A stretch of 32,000 bases of DNA from Synechococcus elongatus PCC 6301. GTDB taxonomy: Bacteria > Cyanobacteriota > Cyanobacteriia > Synechococcales > Synechococcaceae. A program made the position numbers and the translations under genes. This document shows, piece by piece, positions 12,064-22,172 of this stretch; position 1 is the first letter of the stretch, and every line of letters starts with the position of its first letter. Location of the stretch: contig NC_006576.1 of the NCBI RefSeq assembly GCF_000010065.1, positions 2,664,256 through 2,696,255 on the forward strand, given 5' to 3'. Below the pieces are notes generated by a model. It had not been told where the DNA came from. It did no database searches and saw only the letters and a program-made list of their open reading frames with translations.

Positions 12064-15000
12064 ATGGCAGAAACGAAAAGCGCGCCGATTTTCCGCAACC
12101 GGGTCATCGATAAGAAGCAGCTGAAGAAGCTGATTGGCTGGACCTTTGCTCACTATGGGACAGCAAAAACAGCCGTAGTTGCCGACGATCTCAAAGCCCT
12201 GGGATTCCGTTACGCCACCCGTGCTGGGGTTTCAATCAGTATTGATGACCTCAAGGTGCCGGGTTCTAAGGCGGAGCTGCTAGAGTCTGCTGAAAAGCGG
12301 ATTCAAGAGACTGAAGATCGCTACACCCGTGGAGAAATCACCGAGGTGGAGCGCTTCCAGAAGGTGATCGACACCTGGGCGAACACCAACGATGAGCTGA
12401 CCGATCGCGTGGTCAAAAACTTCCGCGAGTCCGATCCGCTCAACTCCGTCTACATGATGGCGTTCTCGGGTGCCCGGGGGAATATCTCCCAGGTGCGACA
12501 GCTGGTGGGGATGCGGGGTCTGATGGCCAACCCCCAAGGCGAGATTATTGACTTGCCGATTAAGACCAACTTCCGGGAAGGTTTGACCGTTACGGAGTAC
12601 ATCATCTCCTCCTACGGGGCGCGTAAGGGCCTGGTTGATACGGCTCTGCGGACGGCGGACTCGGGTTACTTGACCCGTCGTCTGGTGGACGTTTCGCAGG
12701 ACGTGATCATTCACGAAGTGGACTGCGGAACCAGCCGGGGCCTATTTGTGGAAGCGATGACCGATGGCGATCGCATTTTGATTCCGATTTCGCAGCGCTT
12801 GTTGGGTCGGGTTACGGCTGAGGCCGTGCTAGATCCCAGTACGGATGAAGTGCTGGCTGAAGCAGGCCAAGACATCAATGAAGATCTGGCCAATCGAATT
12901 GAGAAAGCAGGCATCAAAAAGGTGAAGGTGCGATCGCCCCTGACCTGCGAAGCCGCACGATCGGTTTGCCAAAAGTGCTACGGCTGGAGCCTTGCCCACG
13001 CCCAGATGGTGGACATGGGTGAAGCTGTCGGGATCATCGCAGCCCAGTCGATCGGTGAGCCGGGGACCCAGCTGACCATGCGGACCTTCCACACGGGTGG
13101 GGTATTTACGGGGGAAACTGCCCGTCTGCTGCGGGCACCTGTAGCGGGCACGATTAAGCTCGGCAAAAAAGCCCGGACTCGTCCCTACCGGACCCGCCAC
13201 GGCGAGGAAGCGCTGCTGGCAGAGGCAAACTTTGACCTCGTGCTGGAAGGGAAAGGTCGGAAGGAAACCTTCGCAATTCTGCAAGGTTCGACGATTTTTG
13301 TGCAGGACGGCGATAAAGTCGCAGCCGAAGCAATCTTGGCCGAGGTGCCAGTCAGCGGTCGTACCAAGCGCACCGTAGAAAAAGCCACCAAGGACGTGGC
13401 GACTGATTTGGCGGGTGAAATTCGCTTCCAAGACATCGTTCCGGAAGAGAAAACCGATCGCCAAGGCAACACTACCCGTATTGCTCAGCGGGGTGGTCTG
13501 CTTTGGGTCTTGGCTGGCGATGTCTACAACTTGCTGCCGGGTGCTGAGCCGACCGTCAAAAACGGCGATCGCGTAGAGGTGGGAGATGTCTTGGCTGAAA
13601 CCAAGCTGACCACTGAGCGCGGCGGTACCGTGCGCATGGGTGAGGACAACGGGAGCAGTACCCACCGGGAAGTCGAAATCATCACGGCGTCAGTGGTACT
13701 AGATACCGCAACGGTGAAAGCCGAGGCGAGCCAAGGCCGTGAGCACTACGTGATTGAGACCAAGGGTGGCCAGCGGTTTAACTTGTTGGCAGCACCGGGA
13801 ACTAAGGTCACGACTGGCCACGTGGTGGCTGAGCTAATCGACAGCCGCTACCGGACTCAAACCGGTGGTCTGCTCAAATACTCCGGCGTGGAAATCTCCA
13901 AAAAAGGCCGGGCTAAGGCGAAACAGGGCTACGAGGTGACCAAGGGCGGCACCCTGCTCTGGATTCCCGAAGAGACCCACGAGGTCAACAAGGACATCTC
14001 CTTGCTGAACGTCGAAGACGGTCAGTTGGTGGAAGCTGGCACGGAAGTCGTCAAAGACATCTTTTGCCAGACGACTGGGATTGTTTCGGTCACCCAGAAC
14101 AACGACATTCTGCGGGAAATCGTGATCAAGCCTGGAGATGTCCACGTGTTGGATGACCCAGACACGGCGGCGAAGTACGACGAAGGTCGCTTGGTTAACG
14201 CCGGCGAAGAAGTCTTCCCAGGTTTGACGGCCGAACAACTGGTCTGGGCAGAAGCCGTTGATGGTACGGACGGCCCGCTCCTCTTGCTGCGACCGGTGCA
14301 AGAGCTAGTCATTCCTGATGAGCCGCCAGTACCGAGCCAAGACTCCTCGCAAGAGTCAAGCAGCCGTTCGATTCGCCTGCGTGCGGTCCAACGTCTGCAG
14401 TTCCAAGATGGTGAACGGATCAAGTCCGTTGAGGGAGTAGATCTCCTGCGGACCCAGTTAGTGCTGGAGTCTGAAGAAGGTTCCTCCCAGCTCTCGGCTG
14501 ACATTGAACTGCTGCCGGACAGCAAGGATCCTGAAACGCTGCGCCTGCAGTTAGTAATCATTGAGCCTGTGGTGACTCGTCGCGACGTCGCTTCTGACAC
14601 CACCCACGGCAGTACGCACACCGAGTTGCGCGTTAAAGATGGCCAAAAGGTGAAGCCGGGCGCCGTCATTGCTTGCACGCAAATTCAGTGCAAGGAAGCC
14701 GGTGTGGTTCGCGGCATTCAAGAGGGCAGCGAAGCGGTTCGTCGCCTCTTGGTCGAGCGGGAACGGGACTGCGTCACCCTTGACCTCGATGTCACTGCGG
14801 CAACGCAACTCCAGCCTGGCTCGCTGATTGTGGCGGGTACCCAGTTGGTAGATGGCATCATCGCACCGGAATCCGGTGAGGCTCGTGCGATCGCACCGGG
14901 GCAACTGCAACTGCGGATTGCTCGTCCCTACCGTGTGTCGCAGGGTGCAGTCCTGCACGTTGAAGATAAAGGTCTGGTGCAGCGGGGTGACAACTTAGTG

Positions 15001-16020
15001 CTGCTCGTGTTTGAACGAGCGAAAACTGGGGACATCATTCAGGGTCTACCGCGGATTGAGGAGCTCCTCGAGGCTCGTAAACCCAAGGAAGCCTGCATTT
15101 TGGCCCGCCGTCCGGGTGTGGCGCACATCAACTACAGCGATGACGATGCAATCGACATCCAAGTGATTGAAGCAGACGGTACCCAAGCTGATTATCCAGT
15201 TGGTCCTGGTCAGCCGCTGATCATCAGTGACGGTGAAACCGTGGATGCAGGGCAAGCCCTGACGGATGGGCCAGCAAACCCCCATGACTTGCTAGAAATC
15301 TACTACGACTACTTCCGCGAGCAGTTGGGCGAAGACTACGAAGCAGCGCTAGAGAGCCTGCGTCGGGTGCAAGCTCTGCTGGTGAACGAGGTGCAGTCGG
15401 TCTATCAATCCCAAGGGATTGATATCTCCGACAAACACATCGAGGTGATCGTGCGGCAGATGACTTCTAAGGTGCGGATCGACGATGGCGGCGACACGAT
15501 CATGCTGCCGGGCGAATTGCACGAACTGCGAGAGGTCTACAACTCCAACAACACCATGGCTTTGACGGGCATGGCCCCGGCTCAGTTCACACCGGTTCTG
15601 TTGGGGATTACCAAGGCCTCACTCAACACCAACAGCTTCATCTCGGCAGCGAGCTTCCAAGAGACGACACGGGTGCTCACGGAAGCGGCAATCGAAGGCA
15701 AGTCCGATTGGCTGCGCGGTCTCAAAGAGAACGTGATTATCGGTCGTCTGATTCCGGCAGGGACTGGTTTCAAGGCCTACGAAGAGTCCTTGCTGACCGA
15801 CGTTGATGGTGGCTACGAAGATCGGGTCTACGACGACGATTTGGCCGATGTGGTGATCGATGATCGCGCCGCTCGCAGCTACACCCTCAATGAAGGTCGC
15901 GACTTCAGTCGTTCGATGACCTTTGCCGAAGGCGAATCGATGATTCTCGACGACGGTGAAGAGTTGATCGATGACAGCAGTGCCAGCCTCCGCAACCTGG
16001 TGGATGTTGACGAAGACTAG
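12064..16020 (+). CDS. rpoC2: DNA-directed RNA polymerase subunit beta' C-terminal part (RpoC2, 1318 aa)
   Basis: '[76 protein letters not shown]', '[22 protein letters not shown]' and '[39 protein letters not shown]', with the large central insertion typical of the cyanobacterial/plastid subunit. Confidence 0.98.
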   Translation: MAETKSAPIFRNRVIDKKQLKKLIGWTFAHYGTAKTAVVADDLKALGFRYATRAGVSISIDDLKVPGSKAELLESAEKRIQETEDRYTRGEITEVERFQKVIDTWANTNDELTDRVVKNFRESDPLNSVYMMAFSGARGNISQVRQLVGMRGLMANPQGEIIDLPIKTNFREGLTVTEYIISSYGARKGLVDTALRTADSGYLTRRLVDVSQDVIIHEVDCGTSRGLFVEAMTDGDRILIPISQRLLGRVTAEAVLDPSTDEVLAEAGQDINEDLANRIEKAGIKKVKVRSPLTCEAARSVCQKCYGWSLAHAQMVDMGEAVGIIAAQSIGEPGTQLTMRTFHTGGVFTGETARLLRAPVAGTIKLGKKARTRPYRTRHGEEALLAEANFDLVLEGKGRKETFAILQGSTIFVQDGDKVAAEAILAEVPVSGRTKRTVEKATKDVATDLAGEIRFQDIVPEEKTDRQGNTTRIAQRGGLLWVLAGDVYNLLPGAEPTVKNGDRVEVGDVLAETKLTTERGGTVRMGEDNGSSTHREVEIITASVVLDTATVKAEASQGREHYVIETKGGQRFNLLAAPGTKVTTGHVVAELIDSRYRTQTGGLLKYSGVEISKKGRAKAKQGYEVTKGGTLLWIPEETHEVNKDISLLNVEDGQLVEAGTEVVKDIFCQTTGIVSVTQNNDILREIVIKPGDVHVLDDPDTAAKYDEGRLVNAGEEVFPGLTAEQLVWAEAVDGTDGPLLLLRPVQELVIPDEPPVPSQDSSQESSSRSIRLRAVQRLQFQDGERIKSVEGVDLLRTQLVLESEEGSSQLSADIELLPDSKDPETLRLQLVIIEPVVTRRDVASDTTHGSTHTELRVKDGQKVKPGAVIACTQIQCKEAGVVRGIQEGSEAVRRLLVERERDCVTLDLDVTAATQLQPGSLIVAGTQLVDGIIAPESGEARAIAPGQLQLRIARPYRVSQGAVLHVEDKGLVQRGDNLVLLVFERAKTGDIIQGLPRIEELLEARKPKEACILARRPGVAHINYSDDDAIDIQVIEADGTQADYPVGPGQPLIISDGETVDAGQALTDGPANPHDLLEIYYDYFREQLGEDYEAALESLRRVQALLVNEVQSVYQSQGIDISDKHIEVIVRQMTSKVRIDDGGDTIMLPGELHELREVYNSNNTMALTGMAPAQFTPVLLGITKASLNTNSFISAASFQETTRVLTEAAIEGKSDWLRGLKENVIIGRLIPAGTGFKAYEESLLTDVDGGYEDRVYDDDLADVVIDDRAARSYTLNEGRDFSRSMTFAEGESMILDDGEELIDDSSASLRNLVDVDED

Positions 16021-16051
16021 GTGCTTTCTGCCGGTGCGGTGATTTGAAGCT

Positions 16052-16077
16052 AAAGGGGAGCGATCGCTCCCCTTTTT
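16052..16077 (+). terminator. Candidate rpoC2 intrinsic terminator: 24-bp perfect palindrome plus T-tract
   Basis: AAAGGGGAGCGATCGCTCCCCTTT followed by TT, 31 nt after the rpoC2 stop. The palindrome is centred on a HIP1 octamer GCGATCGC. Confidence 0.8.
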
Positions 16078-16376
16078 ATTGGTATGAACAGCTTGTAATT
16101 CAATTAGGACAATCTTGAATTGGGTTCTCTAAGTCAAAAATTAAGTTCTTGCCTAGTTTCAACTAATGAGTGTTGACTGGGGGTTAGGCCTTGCCCAGTT
16201 ACGGGGAGTCTGTCCTAACTATCCTGTCATAAGCGATCGCTCTGATCGATCTAGGGCAGCGTCCTATCCCCAAGGGATCCAATCGCCAGTAAAATAGTTA
16301 GAAAAATACACAACTCAAGCTTTCTTTGCTCTCTCAGCCCTGCTCAGCTTGAGGGTCCCTACGTTCACGGACTCCT

Positions 16377-18169
16377 ATGTCGCTCCCCATTCGCAACGTC
16401 GCGATCATTGCCCACGTTGACCACGGCAAAACAACCTTGGTTGACGCCTTGCTCAAACAATCTGGCATTTTCCGTGAGGGCGAAGACGTTCCGGATTGCG
16501 TCATGGACTCCAATGATTTGGAGCGGGAACGGGGCATTACCATTCTTTCTAAAAATACAGCGGTCAAATACAAGGACACGCTGATCAATATTGTCGATAC
16601 GCCCGGTCACGCGGACTTCGGTGGTGAAGTCGAGCGGGTTCTCGGCATGGTGGATGGCTGCATCCTGATTGTGGATGCCAACGAAGGCCCGATGCCCCAA
16701 ACGCGATTTGTGCTGAAAAAAGCGTTGGAAAAAGGGCTGCGGCCGATCGTTGTTGTGAACAAAATCGATCGCCCTCGCGCTGAGCCGATGGTTGCTGTCG
16801 ATAAGGTTCTCGATCTGTTCCTCGAACTCGGCGCCGACGATGACCAGTGCGAATTTCCCTACCTCTTTGCTTCGGGCTTGAGCGGTTTTGCGAAAGAGTC
16901 TTTGGAAGATGAAAGCAAGGACATGCAACCGCTGTTCGATGCAATTTTGCGCCATGTTCCACCCCCGATTGGGGATGTGAGCAAGCCCTTGCAGCTGCAG
17001 GTGACGACCCTCGATTATTCAGACTTCTTGGGTCGGATTGTGATCGGTAAGATCCACAACGGCACGATCAACATGGGTCAGCCGACTGCTCTGCTCAAGG
17101 AAGATGGCAGCGTGGTGCGGGGTAAAGTGACCAAGCTGCTGGGCTTTGAGGGCCTGAAGCGGATTGAAATTGAGCAAGCGACCGCCGGCATGATTGTGGC
17201 CGTCGCGGGCTTTGCTGATGCCAACATTGGTGAAACCCTGGCTTGTCCCAACGAACCTTTGGCGCTGCCGCTGATCAAGGTTGACGAGCCAACCCTGCAG
17301 ATGACCTTCTGCGTCAATGACTCACCTTTTGCTGGCAAAGAAGGCAAGTTTGTCACCAGCCGCCAAGTCCGCGATCGCCTGTTGCGTGAGCTGGAAACCA
17401 ACGTGGCCCTGCGGGTCGAAGAAACCGATTCTCCCGATCGCTTCATGGTCTCGGGGCGGGGTGAACTACACTCGGCATTCTGATCGAAACGATGCGTCGC
17501 GAAGGTTATGAGTTCCAAGTGTCGCAGCCGCAGGTGATCTTCCGGGAAGTCAATGGTCAGCCGGGCGAACCGTTTGAAACGCTCGTGATGGATGTGCCCG
17601 ACGATGCGGTCGGCAGCGTGATCGAGCGCTTGGGCACCCGCAAAGCGGAAATGCAAAACATGGAAGCTGTCGGTAATGGCCGTACGATTCTGGAGTTTGT
17701 GATTCCGGCGCGCGGTCTGATTGGCTTCCGGGGCGACTTTATCCGCCTCACCCGTGGCGAAGGGATCATGAACCACTCCTTCTTGGAGTACCGTCCTTTC
17801 TGTGGCGATCTGGAAATGCGCCGCAACGGTGTGCTGATTGCCTTTGAAGAGGGGACAGCGACTTTCTACGCCCTCAAGAACGCCGAAGATCGCGATGCTT
17901 TCTTCATTGAACCGGGCACCAAGGTCTATAAGGGCATGATTGTTGGCGAGCATAACCGGCCCCAAGATTTGGAGCTGAACGTTTGCAAAACCAAGGCACT
18001 GACCAACCACCGCTCGGCTACAGGCGATGAACTGGTACAGCTGCAAACGCCAATTCAAATGACCTTGGAACGGGCGCTGGAGTACATCGGTTCCGATGAA
18101 CTGCTGGAAGTGACGCCCGAGTCGATCCGTCTGCGGAAGCTACTGGCGAAGAAACTCGCTAAGCGTTAG
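16377..18169 (+). CDS. typA: TypA/BipA ribosome-associated GTPase, split by an apparent 1-nt deletion near 17471
   Basis: ORF 16377..17483 ('[25 protein letters not shown]', '[14 protein letters not shown]', '[19 protein letters not shown]', '[10 protein letters not shown]') joins 17492..18169 ('[17 protein letters not shown]...[36 protein letters not shown]'). Adding one nt gives 598 codons, a normal-length BipA. Confidence 0.92.
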
Positions 18170-18199
18170 GGCCTCATCCCCTCTAGATTGACTTGTAAG

Positions 18200-18241
18200 G
18201 GAGCTAGTCGCCGATTATTGTCGGAACTGGCTCCTTTTTTT
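18200..18241 (+). terminator. Candidate typA intrinsic terminator
   Basis: Stem GGAGCTAGT / ACTGGCTCC (one G-U pair) followed by TTTTTTT, 30 nt after the typA stop. Confidence 0.75.
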
Positions 18242-18255
18242 GGGTCTGGAACCTC

Positions 18256-19047
18256 ATGGCGGCTATTATCCTCGCTGCAATAACTGCGATCGCGGCGATC
18301 GTGCTCTATTTCGTGCGCCGTCATTACCGGTTCAAGCTGCAGAGCCTGCTATTGGCCCAGCCCGCGACCAGTCTGCAGCTCAAGGAAATTGCTGAGCATG
18401 TAGCTGGTGAAATTGGAGGAGGAAATCTGCGCCAGTACGTCAAAATGTGGGGCGCGATCGAGGTAGAGCAGCCCTTAGTTTCTGAATTAAAACAAGAGTC
18501 CTGCGTCTACTACTGCTCCACTGTCAGCCGCGAATATGAAGAGCGCGTTCGCAAGGAGGATAGTGAGGGCAAGGTGACTTGGACGACGGAACGCCGCTCG
18601 GAAACGATCAGCCAGAACCGTCGCAGCACGCCTTTTTACCTGCGCGATCAGCATGGACGGGTGCGGGTTGAGCCGGAGTCGGCTGCGATCGCAACGATTC
18701 CTGTCTTAGATGAGTTTCGCCCAGACAGCTCGGCTAGCAGCTTAATTTTTGGGGCCTTCTCCCTCAGCCTGTCGACCACCGCTGGTTTGGGTAAAACCTT
18801 GGGCTATCGCTACCGTGAGGAGATTTTGCCCTGCGATCGCTCGGTGCTTGTTGTCGGTGCTGCCAGTGATGAAACGGGTGAATTGACCCTCGGACCGAGC
18901 AGCGAAGCGCGGCAGCAGTTTTTCATTGCGCTGAAGCCTGAGACGGCTTTATTACAAGAGGTCAAACAAACCATCCAATGGCTGACGATTGGGGCGATCG
19001 CGAGTGTTGTTGTGACGGTGGTCGCTGCGATCGCGGCGCTGCTCTAG
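18256..19047 (+). CDS. Two-TM membrane protein with a GIDE-like (MULAN/MUL1-type) soluble domain, no RING
   Basis: N-terminal TM 'AAIILAAITAIAAIVLYFV', C-terminal TM 'WLTIGAIASVVVTVVAAIAALL', and intervening 'GGGNLRQYVKMWGAIEVEQPLVSELKQESCVYYCSTVSREYEER...TPFYLRDQHGRVRVEPE...YRYREEILPCDRSVLVVGAASD' resembling the GIDE domain family. Confidence 0.7.
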   Translation: MAAIILAAITAIAAIVLYFVRRHYRFKLQSLLLAQPATSLQLKEIAEHVAGEIGGGNLRQYVKMWGAIEVEQPLVSELKQESCVYYCSTVSREYEERVRKEDSEGKVTWTTERRSETISQNRRSTPFYLRDQHGRVRVEPESAAIATIPVLDEFRPDSSASSLIFGAFSLSLSTTAGLGKTLGYRYREEILPCDRSVLVVGAASDETGELTLGPSSEARQQFFIALKPETALLQEVKQTIQWLTIGAIASVVVTVVAAIAALL

Positions 19048-19211
19048 TCACTCGAATTGCAACAGCCTTGGGATCAGGGGATCAGTCTGGCTCTGGCGGT
19101 TTGAGACTGTCACGTTCCTCAATCCTATTGCTTGGCAAACGCTAAGCTGGCAGTCCCTGATCTTTGGGAATCAGCGGTGAGAATGGTGGCACAGCTCTCG
19201 TGGGTTGGCGG

Positions 19212-21728
19212 ATGGAAACGAGCGACAAACAGCGCTGGCTGTTAGAGAACACTTTGTTTAATGGCCTGTCGGAGCGGGCAATCGCCGCGATCGCCACAGG
19301 ACTCTCGGAAGTTACGGTTCCCAGCGGTCAGGTTCTGTCTGATCTCGACTCGTTACCGAATGCGCTCTTGATTTTGGTTCACGGTGAACTCGATCGCCAG
19401 CAACCCATGACAGGCCAGTGCGATCGCCTGTTGCCCGGTAGCGTACTCAACCTGCGGGAAATCCTGCTCCAGCAACCAGTCACCCAGCAGGTCACGACAG
19501 CAACAGATGTCCTTGTCTGGCAACTGTCGGCCGAGCAACTGCAAGCGATCGCCACAGAGCTGAATGAACTTGATCGCTACCTCTCCGCACAATTGGCAGC
19601 AGAGCTAGATGCGGTCACCGCTCAACTGCGTTTTGAACAGGCACGGTTGCGGGAGTTGCAGCCCTACGTTATCCCCAAAACTAAGCGGGGGATTGTCGGT
19701 AGTAGTCGCTATGCCCAACGGCTACGACAGGAAATTCGCCAAGCCTCGATCCGCAACGATCGTCAGCCGGTATTGATTTTTGGCGAGCCAGGTCTGGGTA
19801 AAGACAACATTGCTGCCTTGATCCACTTCGGTTCGCGGGATCGACGTGAGCCCCTGATCAAAATCAACTGCAATACGCTGCAGCCCAATGGTGCGGAGCT
19901 ATTTGGCCGTATTAATGAGCGACGGGGACTGCTCGATTGGGTGGGCAAGGGCACAGTGCTGCTCAACAACGTCCAAGACTTACCAACTGATTTGCGATCG
20001 CGGGTGATTGAGCTCCTCGCCACTGGCTACTATCGCCCGCTACCAACCCTGCAAGTACCGGAGCCAGAGCCCCAAGCGTGCCTAGCGCGCCTGATTTTGG
20101 TGGCGGAAACTAACCCTACTGACTTGGCACGGCACTGCGTTCAAACCATCAAGGTGCCGCCTCTGCGGATCCGGAAAGCCGATATCGTCGCCAGCGTCAA
20201 ATACTTCCTCAGTCGCTTTTGCCAAACGCGACGCCAGCCTCGCCCGAAGCTAACGCCGGAAGCCGAACGCCAGCTGCAGAACTACGACTATCCCGGCAAT
20301 ATTACTGAGCTGGAAAGTCTGGTGGAGCGGGCTTTAGTACAAAGCGGACAGGCTGCCGTGCTGACCGAAGATGTCTTTTGGTTTGCCTCCACGAAAGGCG
20401 ATCGCTTCCGCTGGAACCTGCTCAATGCCTATCCTCGCCTGCGGCAACTGCTACGCAGCGACTGGTGGCCAACGCGGATCAACTACGGCCTGATTCTCGG
20501 GGTGTATACGGCTGTGGTTGCCCTGCTGTTTTGGGGTCCGCAAACCCGCGCTGAGAACGTGGGGTTAACCCTGTTTTGGGCAGGCTGGTGGCCTCTGATT
20601 TTGCTGGCGTTTCCCTTTGTGGGGCGGCTTTGGTGTGCCTATTGCCCCTTCATGATCTACGGCGAACTGGTGCAGTGGGTTTCCCTGAAGCTCTGGCCGC
20701 GATCGCTCTTGCCCTGGCCACGGGCGGCAGCAGAGCGCTGGGGTGGCTGGTTCCTGTTTGGCCTCTTCGCCCTGATTTTGCTCTGGGAGGAGCTCTGGCA
20801 CCTCGAAGACGTTGCTTGGCTGTCGGCCTGTCTCTTGCTGCTGATTACCGCTGGGGCTGTTACTTTTTCGCTGCTATTCGAGCGACGTTTTTGGTGTCGC
20901 TATCTCTGCCCGATCGGTGGTATGAATGGCCTCTTCGCCAAATTGGCGGTAATTGAACTGCGGGCCAAACGCGGTGTCTGCTCTGCCACCTGCAACACCT
21001 ATCAATGCTACAAAGGTGGCCCTGCAAAAGGGGAAGGCCAAGAGACCATGGGTTGCCCGGTCTATTCCCATCCGGCTCAGTTGGTGGATAACCGCAACTG
21101 CGTTCTCTGCATGACCTGTCTCAAGGCCTGCCCCCATCGCTCGGTTGAGCTGAATCTCCGGCCACCGGCGATCGAACTATGGACCACCCATGTCGCGACA
21201 CGATCGGAAGCTGCTCTGCTCTTCCTCTTGTTGGGTGCAGTGTTTCTGCATCATCTGCCCCAGATTGCTCAGGTTTTAGGTTTAGGCGATCGCTGGCTCA
21301 CTTCCTTGGGACTGCATGCCATTTTGGCGACGGCTGTCCTGGGTACGCCGGGGTTACTGGCCTTTTTCAGCGATCGCATTTTGCACGCTTGGCAACCCCG
21401 CCTCAAATCCTTTACCGAACTGGCCTATGGCTATCTGCCGCTGGTGTTGGCGGCGAGCCTCGCTCACTACCTTTGGATGGGGTTAACAGAACTGGGACAA
21501 GTCCTACCACGCACGGCCCTTAGCTTTGGCTGGTCACCCACCAATCTCCTGCAATACAGTGCTGACCCTGCCGTGATTGCCTTCTTGCAGGCGAGCAGCT
21601 TGATCTTAGGGCTCGTCACCACCTTATTGGTCACTCAAAAAATCGCCCGCCAGCCCTGGCGATCGCTGCTGCCCCAACATAGTCTGGCCGTGGGGTTCAC
21701 CAGCCTGCTCTGGCAGTTGATTGTCTAG
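19212..21728 (+). CDS. Multidomain fusion: cNMP-binding-like domain, degenerate sigma54-activator-type AAA+ domain, NapH/RdxA-like polytopic 4Fe-4S membrane protein (838 aa from ATG at 19212; ORF open from 19164)
   Basis: N-terminal 'LFNGLSERAIAAIATGLSEVTVPSGQVL...VHGEL'; AAA+ 'GSSRYAQRLRQEIRQA...VLIFGEPGLGKDNIAALIH...KINCNTLQPNGAELFG...GKGTVLLNNVQDLP...DYPGNITELESLVERAL'; then TM segments with 'RLWCAYCPFMIYGE', 'FWCRYLCPIGGMNGLFA', 'CSATCNTYQC' and 'CVLCMTCLKACPHRSVEL'. Confidence 0.85.
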   Translation: METSDKQRWLLENTLFNGLSERAIAAIATGLSEVTVPSGQVLSDLDSLPNALLILVHGELDRQQPMTGQCDRLLPGSVLNLREILLQQPVTQQVTTATDVLVWQLSAEQLQAIATELNELDRYLSAQLAAELDAVTAQLRFEQARLRELQPYVIPKTKRGIVGSSRYAQRLRQEIRQASIRNDRQPVLIFGEPGLGKDNIAALIHFGSRDRREPLIKINCNTLQPNGAELFGRINERRGLLDWVGKGTVLLNNVQDLPTDLRSRVIELLATGYYRPLPTLQVPEPEPQACLARLILVAETNPTDLARHCVQTIKVPPLRIRKADIVASVKYFLSRFCQTRRQPRPKLTPEAERQLQNYDYPGNITELESLVERALVQSGQAAVLTEDVFWFASTKGDRFRWNLLNAYPRLRQLLRSDWWPTRINYGLILGVYTAVVALLFWGPQTRAENVGLTLFWAGWWPLILLAFPFVGRLWCAYCPFMIYGELVQWVSLKLWPRSLLPWPRAAAERWGGWFLFGLFALILLWEELWHLEDVAWLSACLLLLITAGAVTFSLLFERRFWCRYLCPIGGMNGLFAKLAVIELRAKRGVCSATCNTYQCYKGGPAKGEGQETMGCPVYSHPAQLVDNRNCVLCMTCLKACPHRSVELNLRPPAIELWTTHVATRSEAALLFLLLGAVFLHHLPQIAQVLGLGDRWLTSLGLHAILATAVLGTPGLLAFFSDRILHAWQPRLKSFTELAYGYLPLVLAASLAHYLWMGLTELGQVLPRTALSFGWSPTNLLQYSADPAVIAFLQASSLILGLVTTLLVTQKIARQPWRSLLPQHSLAVGFTSLLWQLIV

Positions 21729-21785
21729 GTCCATCGCTATTAAGCGACTGATGTATGGGTCTACCGTGAATAGCGACCGGCGTCC

Positions 21786-22115
21786 TTAGCGTTGCTTAGG
21801 TACTGCTGTCGATGCTGGGGCTTGTTTAGAGGCGGGTCGCCAAAACCAATAGGCTGCCAGCATCAGCGTGAAATTACCGACTAGGGTAGTGCTGGCTTGC
21901 AGGGTTACGAGCCATTCCAGTTTGGGCGTGTTGTCGTAGTAGTGCCACGTGCAAGCACAGAGAGCGCTAATCAGGGCTGGAAGCATGGCGACGGCCAGTC
22001 CAAACCAACGGCGATCGCCCTGTTCCCCCAGTCGCCAGAGGTAGAGGATGGCCAGTAGCCATTCCAGCACGCTGGAGATGTGGATGACCCAAGTGGGGAG
22101 AGATAAGGCGTGCAT
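21786..22115 (-). CDS. Small membrane protein, DUF2499-like
   Basis: From the inner ATG: 'MHALSLPTWVIHISSVLEWLLAILYLWRLGEQGDRRWFGLAVAMLPALISALCACTWHYYDNTPKLEWLVTLQASTTLVGNFTLMLAAYW'. Recognised from recall of the cyanobacterial/plant DUF2499 family. Confidence 0.7.
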   Translation of the reverse strand: MHALSLPTWVIHISSVLEWLLAILYLWRLGEQGDRRWFGLAVAMLPALISALCACTWHYYDNTPKLEWLVTLQASTTLVGNFTLMLAAYWFWRPASKQAPASTAVPKQR

Positions 22116-22172
22116 GGACCCAGCACTGAAGGCTCTCCAGTATTGTAGGAGGGCAAAAAGGGCGAGGACAGC

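Noticed and set aside
12829-13665. 278-aa reverse-strand ORF opposite rpoC2
   Set aside because: It lies entirely antisense to conserved rpoC2 sequence and shows no domain signature.
17078-18058. 326-aa reverse-strand ORF opposite typA
   Set aside because: It is antisense to a confidently identified BipA gene, Arg/Ser/Pro-rich with no recognisable domain; a shadow ORF.
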